Of a stretch of DNA of 64,000 bases, positions 37,296 through 50,008 are shown piece after piece (positions within the stretch are counted from its first letter, which is position 1; the number at the start of each line of letters is the position of its first letter). A program made the position numbers and the translations under genes. The notes under the pieces are model-generated. The model saw nothing but the letters and a program-made list of their open reading frames with translations. It was not told where the DNA came from and ran no database searches. This DNA is from Octopus bimaculoides (lineage: Eukaryota): NCBI RefSeq assembly GCF_001194135.2, contig NC_068991.1, positions 72,448,039-72,512,038 on the forward strand. The letters are read 5' to 3'.

Positions 37296-37742
37296 CACGA
37301 TGATCTGTCAGTGTCCGTCTACCAATTCCACTCACAAGGCTTTGGTTGGCTTGAGGGCTATAGTAGAAGACACTTGCCCAAGGTGCCATGCAGTGGGACT
37401 GAACCCGGGACCATGTTGTTGGTAAGAAAACTTCTGAACTGCTCAGCCACACCTGCACATAAAATTGAGAACTTTTAATTAAAACTTTATTTCAAGTTTT
37501 GTTCACTTGTTACTTACTTATTTTCAACCTTTTGCCAAAAAAAAAAAAGAAAAAAAGAAAACAAAAGTTGAGGTGAAGGAGTGGCTGTGTGGTAAGTAGC
37601 TTGCTTACCAACCACATGCTTCCGGGTTCAGTCCCACTGCATGGCATCTTGGGCAAGTGTCTTCTACTATAGCCTCGGGCCGACCAAAGCCTTGTCAATG
37701 GATTTGGTAGACAGAAACTGAAAGAAGCCCATCGTATATATG

Positions 37743-37775
<33 letters not shown>

Positions 37776-37988
37776 GTGTTTGTGTGTCTGTGTTTGTTCC
37801 CCCAACATCGCTTGACAACCGATGCTGGTGTGTTTACGTCCCCGTAACTTAGCGGTTCGGCAAAAGAGACCGATAGAATAAGTACTAGGCTTCCAAAGAA
37901 TAAGTCCTGGGGTCGATTTGCTCGACTAAAAGCTGTGCTCCAGCATGACCACAGTCAAAAGACTGAAACAAGTAAAAGAATAAAAGAG
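37296..37988. mobile_element. Two family B SINEs: partial minus copy (37296-37456) and full plus copy (37571-37988)
   Basis: Both match 33643-34100; their opposite orientation gives an inverted-repeat pair about 115 bp apart. Confidence 0.85.
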
Positions 37989-39397
37989 TATCCATCTTGA
38001 GGAACACTATTGTTAAGCTATTCACATTAGAAAGTATGTGCTGGAAGGTTTGGTAATGTTAGAATAGATCCAAGACCACTGATAGAAAATATTCTTGCAG
38101 AAGCAATACTACTTTTGGACTCCAGGCAAAAGGTCCTCTTTAAATTCAAGGGGTTTGCAAGTGGGTTCTTTTTCTTTTTACTAAGATACTCCAGTCCTCT
38201 CCTTAGCTATCCTGGTCCTGGACTGATGTCCTGGATAACCCTATATTTCTGAGGCCCTGACTAGATCTCTTTGGTAAAGGATGAAAATGCACATGTGTAG
38301 TTTGCAGAAGGGTGACAAGATTTTTGGATGTGCTTTGTTCAAAGATGCTTTTGGTTTGAAAGGTAGTCTTCTGGCAAGAATTTTGTCCACAGTTGGTGAC
38401 TGTGTACTTGATATTTAAAAGGAGAGAGACTCATGAAGTTGAAAAGACATTGCCTTTCATCTTTTCAGTACCAGTTGCATACTGGGGTCAATCTAATCGA
38501 CTACCCCCACCAAAAAAAAAAAAAAAATGTTGGGCCCTGTGTCTAGAGTAGAAAAGATATTTTCATTATCACGGTATAGATTTTATTTGATATTTACTTA
38601 CATTTTTTTGGATTGACGCAACCTGTATCAATAATATACAGGTTTTAAGATGACTTATGAAGGAATAAAAAAATTNNNNNNNNNNNNNNNNNNNNNNNNN
38701 NNNNNNNNNNNNNNNNNNNNNNNNNNNNNNNNNNNNNNNNNNNNNNNNNNNNNNNNNNNNNNNNNNNNNNNNNNNNNNNNNNNNNNNNNNNNNNNNNNNN
38801 NNNNNNNNNNNNNNNNNNNNNNNNNNNNNNNNNNNNNNNNNNNNNNNNNNNNNNNNNNNNNNNNNNNNNNNNNNNNNNNNNNNNNNNNNNNNNNNNNNNN
38901 NNNNNNNNNNNNNNNNNNNNNNNNNNNNNNNNNNNNNNNNNNNNNNNNNNNNNNNNNNNNNNNNNNNNNNNNNNNNNNNNNNNNNNNNNNNNNNNNNNNN
39001 NNNNNNNNNNNNNNNNNNNNNNNNNNNNNNNNNNNNNNNNNNNNNNNNNNNNNNNNNNNNNNNNNNNNNNNNNNNNNNNNNNNNNNNNNNNNNNNNNNNN
39101 NNNNNNNNNNNNNNNNNNNNNNNNNNNNNNNNNNNNNNNNNNNNNNNNNNNNNNNNNNNNTTGTATATAAATGCATCATAATTAAATAAGGAATGCATAA
39201 AAACATTTTGAAATGTTGTGTTTATTCACAACGATTTTTGCAAAATAGTAGCTATTATATGATACTTCATGCCTGGTTGATCTCCTGTGAACATTGCACC
39301 ATTTTTCTGAGTGCAAAAAATATCAAATGAAAGTATTTAGAAACAATATCCAAGATATGAATAATTCTAAAGTTCATCTTATGTCCTTCAGTGTACT

Positions 39398-39642
39398 TTA
39401 ATCCTTTAGCACTTAAGCCGACTATATCCAGCCACAATATTCTACCTGTTTTATCCTCAGATCAGCCAGATATGGCCTTTTGAACCTACCCTACAATGTC
39501 ATTTTAAAAATATGCAATCACATCGTTGAAATCTTGGGGCTACAAGATAATTAATCATGCATTATAATGCATGATTAAGTCAAAACAATGTGAATAAATA
39601 AGCATTACTTTTGACAGAGTAATCCGAATGCTGAAGGGTTAA
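39398..39642 (-). mobile_element. piggyBac-like TTAA MITE, diverged copy
   Basis: TTAA|tcctttagcactt ... gaatgctgaaggg|TTAA. Confidence 0.8.
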
Positions 39643-39849
39643 TTCAGGAGGAAAAGTACCATAGCCATGTTAGAGCCTTTGATTCTTGGCTGAAGAAGTG
39701 ATACTTCAAACCACACCACTGGTATTCTTATTGCTGCCCTCAACAGTGTCCGTATTGAGTCTCATGGGCAGTCTTCTGACCTTTTCTATCCAAAGAGAGG
39801 GGTCTTTTCTTAATCGAATATTTACATGCTATTATTTATTACTTTACCA

Positions 39850-40075
39850 ATATGGTGAACTGGCAAAATTGTTGTGGCACCAGACAAAATCCTTAGCAGC
39901 ATTTCATCTGCTTCTTTATATTCTGAGTTCAAATACCACTGAGATTGACTTGACCCTTTTCATCCTTTAGGGGTCAATAAAATAAGTACCTGTTAAGCAC
40001 TGGGGGTGATGTAATCAACTTACTTCTCCCCTCAAAATTGTTGGCCTTGCGCCAAAACTAGAAAGAATTATTTTG
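39850..40075 (+). mobile_element. Family C SINE
   Basis: ctggcaaaattgtt, gagttcaaatacc, catcctttaggggtcaataaaataagtacc. Confidence 0.75.
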
Positions 40076-40274
40076 TAGCTTTATCTACTTCGAGTTTCAA
40101 TGTTTAAAAAAAAAAACCCAACAAATTATCTCAGATCTCTCGAAGCTTCTAAATTCTTCTAAATTCTGTATGTGTGTGTTTCTGTCTGTCTCTCTCTGTC
40201 TGTCTGTCTCTCTCTGTCTGTCTCTCTCCCTCTGTCTGTCTGTCTGTCTGTCTGTCTCTCATATATATATATAA

Positions 40275-40581
40275 ATTGTGCGTGAGAAGACCCGGCAAGC
40301 CAAGTGAGATCGTTGCCAGTGCCCCTGGACTGGCTCTTGTGCGGGTGGCACATAAGATGTACCATCTTGAGCGTGACCGTTGCCAGTACCGCCCGACTGG
40401 CCTCCGTAGGATTTTTGAGCGAGATTGTTGCCAGTGCCCCTGGACTGGCTCTTGTGCGGGTGGCACGTAAAAGACACCATTTCGAGCGTGGCCGTTTTCG
40501 TGCGGGTGACACGTAAAAGCACCCACTACACTCTCTGAGTGGTTGGCGTTAGGAAGGGCATCCAGCTGTAGAAACTCTGCC
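40275..40581 (+). mobile_element. Family A RTE-type 3' region with internal tandem subrepeats, cut by a gap
   Basis: gttgccagtgcccctggactggctcttgtgcgggtggcac occurs twice, then gtaaaagcacccactacactc. Confidence 0.8.
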
Positions 40582-41146
40582 NNNNNNNNNNNNNNNNNNN
40601 NNNNNNNNNNNNNNNNNNNNNNNNNNNNNNNNNNNNNNNNNNNNNNNNNNNNNNNNNNNNNNNNNNNNNNNNNNNNNNNNNNNNNNNNNNNNNNNNNNNN
40701 NNNNNNNNNNNNNNNNNNNNNNNNNNNNNNNNNNNNNNNNNNNNNNNNNNNNNNNNNNNNNNNNNNNNNNNNNNNNNNNNNNNNNNNNNNNNNNNNNNNN
40801 NNNNNNNNNNNNNNNNNNNNNNNNNNNNNNNNNNNNNNNNNNNNNNNNNNNNNNNNNNNNNNNNNNNNNNNNNNNNNNNNNNNNNNNNNNNNNNNNNNNN
40901 NNNNNNNNNNNNNNNNNNNNNNNNNNNNNNNNNNNNNNNNNNNNNNNNNNNNNNNNNNNNNNNNNNNNNNNNNNNNNNNNNNNNNNNNNNNNNNNNNNNN
41001 NNNNNNNNNNNNNNNNNNNNNNNNNNNNNNNNNNNNNNNNNNNNNNNNNNNNNNNNNNNNNNNNNNNNNNNNNNNNNNNNNNNNNNNNNNNNNNNNNNNN
41101 NNNNNNNNNNNNNNNNNNNNNNNNNNNNNNNNNNNNNNNNNNNNNN

Positions 41147-41455
41147 CTAAAAATGGCTTTAACCCCCACCCCCACCTCCATCTGCATCCAATCCACTCAA
41201 TGTAGGCTCAAAACTCACTCAAAACGGTATGTGTGTTTACAAAATGTGTGCTGCCATCTATTGGTAAACAATTGCTTACAGTATGTTTATATCGAGTGTG
41301 GCTGCAATAAATTTTTTATAAAGTTAGCATAAAGTTATACAGGTTAATGAAGGAATTAAAACTTTATCTTAGTGGTAATTTATTCTACAAAAGTATAGCC
41401 TAGGCTAGGGTGCATCCTATGCACTTGTGTGTCTTATAGGCCATCATATACGGTA
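41147..41455 (-). mobile_element. Family G pogo/Tc2-like MITE, inverted copy
   Basis: Ends gtgtcttataggccatcatatacggta; collinear reverse complement of 4110-4436. Confidence 0.8.
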
Positions 41456-42689
41456 ATTCAAAAGTTTTGCTGGAACATAGAATTATTATAGAAACAAATG
41501 TAATCATTATCAAGTAGAAATTGATACTTTATATTTCACTTTAGAGTTGAATAATCTCTCTAAATACTGCTACATCATGGAACCAAAGGCATTGGTATAG
41601 AAGCAAATAATATTTGGTTAACCATTTTTTTTTTTTCCCTAAGAAAGTCAGTGTTTTTAATTGGCACTTCAACAATATATCCAACTGTGTTTTTACTGCA
41701 AGCTGGAATTGAACTTGCATTTGTTTGTTTAAAGAATTAAGTGAACATTTGCATGACTTGGCTAATTCTTTGATTTGCTTTCTCTATTTGAAAATTAGCA
41801 TTATCTGAATGTAAGAAAATACTACTAAATATTTTTGGAAAATTTCTTTGAGAAAAACTAAGAACCTGCTTAGTGCATGAAGTCTTGACATCGAGAAGAA
41901 TTTGGTTGTGTTTGTGCAATCAAATTGCTTCCAAATTTCTTTTCTTTTTCCTCACTTTTTTCTATTTCCTTTTTATCTCTTTTTTTATTTATTTTACTCA
42001 TTTCAACTGGCATTCATATCTCTATCAGTATTCTACATGTATATATTTTTGCTTTGTTTTTGTAAAATTGAAAAAAACAAAAAGAAATGTATTCACATGA
42101 AAATAAGAAATAAGTTATTAAAAAATGAAACGGTGGTATCATTGTGATCGTTATTGTTGTCATCATCATTGTTGTTGTCGTCGTCGTCATCGTCATTTTG
42201 TCATGCATTTCTCTATGCTTGCATGGGTGGGATGGAACTCATTGAGGCAGATTTTCTATGACTGGATGCTCTTCCTCTCACCAACCGTCACTTGTTTCCA
42301 GCCAAGGTTATGTTTCCCCATAGCTGGACATGTTTTTATGAAACATTGGAAATGAATGACACAGCTTGTATGATGGTGACTCTCGTTTACAACTGTCATG
42401 TGATATCAAAACAAAGAGACACAAACACTCTCTCTCTCTCTGTCATACACACACATATACACACACACACATATCTATGTTCTGTAAAGCATTGAATAAC
42501 ATATCTGTTTTCTACTCATTATTATTGTTTCTATTATTTGGCTTGTATTCCCCACACTAGCCTATCCCATGGTTGATACCCTGCATTATACTACACTGGA
42601 TGCTGGGGTGGAGTATAGATCCCACAACTGTACCCTATCTTTGGTTATGTGCAATGCCTCACATTGCCCTTTTTGTGATATACGTATGT

Positions 42690-42793
42690 CATTGTTCAGT
42701 TTTGTTTCAAGATTCCTTGTCATTAGAGAAAGAGTTGGTTTCTAAACTAGATTCGAGGCTCCTTCATTGAAATTTCAACATCAACAACAGGGT
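42690..42793 (-). mobile_element. 3' UTR fragment of the R4/Dong-like retroelement, abutting (TATG)n
   Basis: Matches 56659-56750 (ttcaagatt..., agagaaaga..tggtttctaa.ctagat, ttcaacatca.caacagggt). Confidence 0.7.
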
Positions 42794-42873
42794 TATGTAT
42801 GTATGTATGTATGTATGTATGTATGTATGCATGTATGTATGTATGAATGTATGTATGTATGTATGAATGTATG

Positions 42874-43157
42874 TATCTTTTGCTGAACTGCTAAGTTACA
42901 GGGATGTAAACATGCCAACATCTGTTGTCAAGCGATGGTGGGGGGACAAGCACAGACACACAAACACACACACACACACACATATATTTGTACAAAGGGT
43001 TTCTTTCAGTTTCCATCTACCAAATCCGCTCACATGGCTTTGGTCGGCCCGAGGCTATAGTAGAAGACACTTGCCCAAGGTGCCATGCAGTGAGACTGAA
43101 CCCAGAACCATGTGGTTGGGAAACAAGCATCTTACCACACACCCACACCTGTGCCTG
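42874..43157 (-). mobile_element. Family B SINE
   Basis: gaggctatagtagaagacacttgcccaaggtgccatgcagtg. Confidence 0.8.
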
Positions 43158-43264
43158 CTTGTTCGTTCTTTCTTTCTACATGCACAGATATATATTTATA
43201 TATCTATATGTATACATACACACACACCTATATGCATTTATCTCTCTCTCTATTTCTCTCTCTC

Positions 43265-43334
<70 letters not shown>

Positions 43335-43399
43335 AGAATAAGGGCAGGGAATCGTCAATTAGTAATAGAATTAATAATTAACAATTTTGCCAAGTAGTT

Positions 43400-43606
43400 C
43401 ATTAATATCTTAACCGCGAAACGTTCATATCCAATTAACTAAAGGCAGGTTTGTTTTTGCTTTTCACTCTGGTTTTTTGTTCTATGTGTGCCATAAATAT
43501 CGCCATCCATTTAGAGAAAAATTTGTAGTTTAGAATCAGTAGTTCTTTGACTGCTATTTCTAAATTTTCAGTATGTTGGAGAAGCAACTCAATGCTAATC
43601 CCTGTA
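43400..43606 (-). mobile_element. Unclassified TA-associated repeat (family F)
   Basis: Reverse complement of 59420-59630; the terminus resembles the arm of the 1-160 fold-back (aggga..agca...gcttc.cca.catac...ttcagaaatagcag). Confidence 0.7.
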
Positions 43607-44120
43607 TATTTATATATATATGTATGTATGTATGTATGCTATGTAAGTATGTATATCTTTTTATTAGCTGTGAAGCTCATAACTGAATCAGAGTTCTAGA
43701 GTTTCACACTGAAATACACAGTAAACTTGTCTGAAGAGGATGATTCACTCTTTTGCTCTCAAACTTCATTGGTATCTGCAATCTTTCCCAAAAAAAGATG
43801 AATAACCAAATTTACATGCACACACACACACACACACATGCACTGGGTAGTATAGATATCCTTAGTCATGTGGCTAATGTGTCTGCTGATAAAAAAGTAG
43901 GAAAACAAATCTATTCGGCTATGATGTGTTATTTTAGAATTTAAGGGTTTTCTTTCGGCTTGTTACATCTAAGGGACAGCGTAACTGAGACAAGAATCAT
44001 CCGATGTAAATATAGCGTGTAATTCATCCTTTGTTCTGATGAATCTGAATTCTGTTGTCCTCAAGGTGAAGCATCTTGCAAGTTGTGAAGATTCTTTGAA
44101 ATATAAAATAAACATACATG

Positions 44121-44497
44121 CAGGCGTAAACATGGCTGTGTGGTAAGAAGCTTGCTTCACAACAACATGGTTCCGGGCTCAGTCCCACTGTGTGGCACCT
44201 TGGGCAAGTGTCTTCTACTATAGCCTCAGGCCGACCAAAGCCTTGTGAGTGGATTTGGTAGATGGAAACTGAAAGAAGCCCGTCGTATATATGTATATAT
44301 ATATATATATTTATGTGTGTGTATATGTTTGTGTGTCTATGTTTGTTCCCCCCACCATCGCTTGACAATAGATGTTGGTTGTGTTTACATCTCTGTAACT
44401 TAGCAGTTCAGCAAAAGAGCCCGATAGAATAAGTACTAGGCTTACAAAGAATAAGTCCTGGGGTCGATTTGTCCGACTAAAGGTGGTGCTCCAGCAT
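44121..44497 (+). mobile_element. Family B SINE, cut by a gap
   Basis: Collinear with 33643-34060. Confidence 0.85.
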
Positions 44498-45327
44498 NNN
44501 NNNNNNNNNNNNNNNNNNNNNNNNNNNNNNNNNNNNNNNNNNNNNNNNNNNNNNNNNNNNNNNNNNNNNNNNNNNNNNNNNNNNNNNNNNNNNNNNNNNN
44601 NNNNNNNNNNNNNNNNNNNNNNNNNNNNNNNNNNNNNNNNNNNNNNNNNNNNNNNNNNNNNNNNNNNNNNNNNNNNNNNNNNNNNNNNNNNNNNNNNNNN
44701 NNNNNNNNNNNNNNNNNNNNNNNNNNNNNNNNNNNNNNNNNNNNNNNNNNNNNNNNNNNNNNNNNNNNNNNNNNNNNNNNNNNNNNNNNNNNNNNNNNNN
44801 NNNNNNNNNNNNNNNNNNNNNNNNNNNNNNNNNNNNNNNNNNNNNNNNNNNNNNNNNNNNNNNNNNNNNNNNNNNNNNNNNNNNNNNNNNNNNNNNNNNN
44901 NNNNNNNNNNNNNNNNNNNNNNNNNNNNNNNNNNNNNNNNNNNNNNNNNNNNNNNNNNNNNNNNNNNNNNNNNNNNNNNNNNNNNNNNNNNNNNNNNNNN
45001 NNNNNNNNNNNNNNNNNNNNNNNNNNNNNNNNNNNNNNNNNNNNNNNNNNNNNNNNNNNNNNNNNNNNNNNNNNNNNNNNNNNNNNNNNNNNNNNNNNNN
45101 NNNNNNNNNNNNNNNNNNNNNNNNNNNNNNNNNNNNNNNNNNNNNNNNNNNNNNNNNNNNNNNNNNNNNNNNNNNNNNNNNNNNNNNNNNNNNNNNNNNN
45201 NNNNNNNNNNNNNNNNNNNNNNNNNNNNNNNNNNNNNNNNNNNNNNNNNNNNNNNNNNNNNNNNNNNNNNNNNNNNNNNNNNNNNNNNNNNNNNNNNNNN
45301 NNNNNNNNNNNNNNNNNNNNNNNNNNN

Positions 45328-45445
45328 TCCATGGGTTCCCTCAACTGTTAGGGTGTGGCACTTTTTCACGCAGCTATCCTCATCCATTCTCACCACATGT
45401 CCATACCAGCGCAATCGTCTCTCTTGCACACCACAACTGATGCTT
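45328..45445 (-). mobile_element. RTE-clade LINE ORF2 C-terminal fragment
   Basis: Translates as SISCGVQERRLRWYGHVVRMDEDSCVKKCHTLTVEGTHG; RRLRWYGHV.RM is a typical RTE C-terminal motif. Confidence 0.85.
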
Positions 45446-45456
45446 ATATATATACA

Positions 45457-45496
<40 letters not shown>

Positions 45497-46171
45497 TATA
45501 AATACACATACACACATATGTGCAGAATGGTTATTTGCGCTGCATACAAAAAAATTTATTCTTTATATGTTCTGGCAGATTCAAAAGCAAAGTATGCTAG
45601 TTGTTGTTGTATAAATCACAGGAGAACACACTGTCATTGAAACAGGGAGAATTTGTCCTCTTGTGACCAACACAACAACCACTAGCATATTTTGTGTCTA
45701 AATCTGCTGCAACGTATTAAGATTGAATATGCAAATCATCATTATATGTGTACATGAGTATATAGTCATATATATGTGTACACACACAATCACACACTCA
45801 TACACCCCCCACACACAGATAAACACACACACACTCACACACACATAATTCAGTTGAATTCATTTTATGTTTTCTCTTTATGCTGCTGATATTTTTCTTT
45901 ATGTGTGTAGCAGTGATTGTTTCCATAGAAACAATGTCAAACCGGTTCATTTACTTTCATTTCATTCTTTGGTATTCCATTTCCTGCTTATACTATATCA
46001 GTTTGTTTTGTATACGTTATTCAGTCATATCAAATTCTATCGTTTATCACCACTCTAAATATTATATTTTTTCCCCATTTTTTGTGCGTGATATCATTCA
46101 CTATTTTAACATTTGAGATCACGCAAGCATCATACTATAAATAACCTACTATCTTTAAAAATATTTCACTA

Positions 46172-46334
46172 TAGGTGCATGCGTGGCTGTGTGGTAAAAA
46201 TCTTGCTTCGCAACCACATGGTTTTGGGTTCAGTCCCACTATGTGGCACCTTGGGCAAGTGTCTTCTACTATAACTTAGGGCTAACCAAAGCCTTGTAAG
46301 TGGATTTGGCAGACGGAAACTGAAAGAAGCCTGT

Positions 46335-46336
<2 letters not shown>
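46172..46336 (+). mobile_element. Family B SINE 5' half, ending at its internal (TA)n
   Basis: gtggctgtgtggtaaaa...gtggcaccttgggcaagtgtcttctactata. Confidence 0.8.
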
Positions 46337-46370
<34 letters not shown>

Positions 46371-46529
46371 CAAAATTTAAAGCAAACAGAAAATGGAGAA
46401 ATATTGATGAACAACAATTGTCTTACATCAATTATTATTTATTAATTCAATACAAATAAACTGCATCCCATAACTTCCTGTCTTCTCACCAGTTTTTGAG
46501 GCTCTGAAAAATTTTAAGGGTCATGGATG

Positions 46530-46660
46530 CAACCCTTCCTTTGCTGAATAAGTGGTAAAAGGGAAGACAGAAAGGATCTTGTTCATGAGATGAGGTGCTG
46601 CATCATGATGGTGAAATGTGGAAGTTGAATATGGAAGACGTGCAGAGGCTAGAGAGAAAT
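46530..46660 (+). mobile_element. Degenerate RTE ORF2 remnant
   Basis: 46595-46660 reads VLHHDGEMWKLNMEDVQRLERN, resembling the RTE 'LHGSETW...RRLE' motif. Confidence 0.55.
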
Positions 46661-49600
46661 GTGTCAAATATATGTTACTTGCTTAAGCTCTTTGCTCCAT
46701 ATGGAATATAGGCCATTGAGGACTTTTCTCCACTGTTCACTGTTATGGGCTGTTGTTAAGTCCCAAGTCTTGTTGGTTTTGAATTGTCATCAGTGCTTCT
46801 AAAACTTTGATTTTTCTAGGTAGAGGTGCTGACTGTATGCAAGAGGTGTTCCATATTAGTCTGGCCTCTCTCCTTTGACTTGTCCAGCATGTATATCTGT
46901 GTGTGTATGTGTGTGTGTGTGTGAGTGAACAAATAAATAGAAGCAGTATTTAAAACATATATTTGGAATTGTATTTATTGAATGATACATTGACTTAGCT
47001 CCTCCCATTATTTAACGTTCCGTGAAACCATTAATGTCAAATGCCTGATGAAACAGATACATGGAATAAAGGCATACTCATGATCTGTAAATATACTATG
47101 AATAATATTTAACAATATCCTATGGCTGTGTGGATATAGTTGCATTTAACAGAATAAGCTGAATGCTAAAGGGTTAAGCGGAATCTTAATGACACCAATC
47201 TCACCAGTCTGAGAAGCCCTACAGAGGTCACGTGCACTGTCTCTTTCTCCAAATGCAGCAAGTTAAGAAAAAAGACAACAACAACAACAAACAAACACCT
47301 GCCAAGGATTTAGTAAAAACCAAACAATTATGGGATTACTATGGAAAAGAGTATATAAGTTATTATCATGAAATCTGATATTTGCCAAGGGGCTTCTTAT
47401 TGTATATTGGTAATTACACCGAGGTGTTAACAAAGGAAACACAGGTTTGTTCCTCAAAAGGCACTTTTTATTGACTTTTGCATTGTCATTGTATGAAAGT
47501 GCAAAGATACTTGGTTTTAAAAATATAATATTATATATGCCATGTTTCCAAATGAATCCTAGATTCATATATCATTGACAGGAAATAGAATATAATTTCA
47601 ATTACAATCACAAGAATTTTGGGAAATGTTGATTAGAATCTGTCCAATCATGTGTGAAATATACATTCAGATATCTTGAGTTTAGATGTTTGGGTTAGGA
47701 AGGAGGAGGAAGAGGAGGAGGAATAGTGTAGTAGATTTGTTATCTTTCATATGATAGTCTTTCTTAATAGCAAGCTGCCTGATGTAAAAGCATCTGGGTT
47801 TTTTTTTTTTTTTTTTTTACCTGTTTAGAAAGTATTCAATTTTCAAATTAAACATTTTACCATGATTTCCTTTGAGTACTTTTTGTTAAGTTAATGTTTC
47901 AAATATTTAACCCTTTTATTACCTTATATCTGTAGATCATTATCAACGCCTCCATCACCACCATTACCTCCTGTGTGTGTGTGTGTGTGTATATGCACAT
48001 GTTTGTAAGTGTTTACAGTTTGTGCTTACATGCATGAAAAATTGCCGAGTTATGAACTGTTATTCTCTGTTGTCCCTTTCCCTGTCACCCTGCTTAGTAT
48101 GAAAACTCCTGTGCTTAAGAGCAGGTAAGGATTGGTGATAGGAAGGCCATCTGGCTGTAAAAACAATGCCTCAACAATGTGTATTCATCTAACTCATACT
48201 AGCATGGTAAAACAGACATACAAAAATCTCTAATCGATGAAGAGTTCTTATAAGCATAATTATTTTATTTGTCTTAACTTCTAATTAGTTTTTATCAAAT
48301 AATGACTTATAGTATCAATATGATTGATTGAAAAGAATAATGAATTTCTATTAGATTATTGTTGTAGTTTGACTCCAGGTCTTCCCTGATTAAGCAGACC
48401 AGCGATCAATGACTCTCTAGCCATGACCATCTTGTCTTGTTTGAGGTAGACTGTACTTCAGACTACATTATCCAATATGTGTTTTTTTTTTTGAATGTCA
48501 GTAGTGTTTTGTTTTAGGGAGAGTCGGTTGCTATTTCTAGCAGACAAAGTGGTGATGTAGAATTTCCGTTTGGCTCAGGTTGTATTAGGTTTTTGAATAT
48601 GACATGAAGGAGATGAAGGTTAAATTTCATTATAGAATGTGTATAACAGTCTATCACAGCTAATGTTCCTATATATACATATTGTTGATGAACCAGGGAG
48701 TGTAGAATAAAGTGCCCTGATCAGAAAGCAGATGGCTTTGATTTACAAACTATAGGCTTGTTAGTCAAATTAGTGCCTTCTCGATTAAGCTATTTCACTT
48801 TTACAGTTTATATATGCAATAATTTACACACACAAAAAAAAATATATACATGCTCATAAACATTCATACTGTTTCACATGCATGTTATGAATTTATATCA
48901 TTTTCAAGATTATTTATTATTTGGAAAACTTTCTAATTTAATTTATTCTTAATTAAACTTTTTCTTCATTTTACTTTCTTATTTAAAAAAAAAAAATTAT
49001 TAATTAAATTTTTTTCTTTATTTCTTTTATACTTTTTTTTATATGCCATCATCTTCATTTTGCTATCTGCTTAATCAGATTTTTCCTTAATTGTCACCAA
49101 ATTATCGAACCCAGTTTAATCTTTGGAATAAAATATATTATTTTTCCATTGAAAGCTAGATTCTTTTTCATAAAAATTAGTCAGAAAATGCAATGTTTAT
49201 AACAGTAATTCTCCTCTATTAATAATTATTATTCTTTATCTCTCTGAAATACACATTTGAAATTTCATATATTTAAACATTTAATAGTTACTCACGATTT
49301 GAAATGAAAAAAATATCTTCTGACCCAAAGTAATCCATGAGATTAAAATTAAAAAAATAGATTAAACATTTATTCTATATAGCTGGAGTTTAAGATTGGT
49401 AACTTTGGAAATGCTCCAGGACTGTTTCTTCTTTATTAAAAAAAAAAACCCCAAAACAACGAATAAATCTTTCATAATTACATGAAAACATAGGAGTTGC
49501 CTAAAAATTGTTTTCTTTTATTTGCTCACATGAAAGATATCATGAAACAAACTGTTTTTCTTCTTCTTATTCAACACAAACTTAATCTTACGTTCATTCA

Positions 49601-49957
49601 TTAGTACTGACTGTTTTGAAAAATGTATCTTTTTTTTAAAATTTATTTTTAATTAGGCAATTAAATAAGATATGAATAAGAAATACACAGGAAAGTGACT
49701 AACAATCGTAAATAAAGAATACAGAATATACATCCATTTAAATAAGACAAAATATCTTTAAATATTTGGACGAGGAGAATAAATATATTTTCATTTAGAT
49801 TCCCATATTGTGGTATTTTCAAGCTCATGCTGTCATATAAATGCGAAAAAAAAAAAGAGAAAGAATAATATTTAAAAAAAAAAATCAATGCAAAATATTT
49901 TATTTACTTGTTGGAAATTTTTGTTACATGGGTAAGTCATATTTTTCTCCCATTTAG

Positions 49958-50008
49958 ACTGCAGATAAATCGTAGATCACAATTACTGTCTGCGATTGGG
50001 GTGACAAG
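49958..50008 (+). CDS. Candidate cassette exon (51 nt, phase 2-2), (A)LQINRRSQLLSAIGVT(x), in the kinase-UBA linker
   Basis: atttttctcccatttag acceptor and consensus AAG|gtaagt donor; length divisible by 3; open only in phase 2; ACTAAC at 50076-50081. Confidence 0.6.

Noticed and set aside
47044-47092. ctgatga followed by an acagat...atctgt stem (hammerhead-like)
   Set aside because: No GAAA after stem II, so the catalytic core is incomplete.
47936-48004. 69-nt phase-2 open stretch (SLSTPPSPPLPPVCVC...) ending at TTT|gtaagt
   Set aside because: Built from decayed (CAC/CAT)n and (TG)n microsatellites; probably coincidental.
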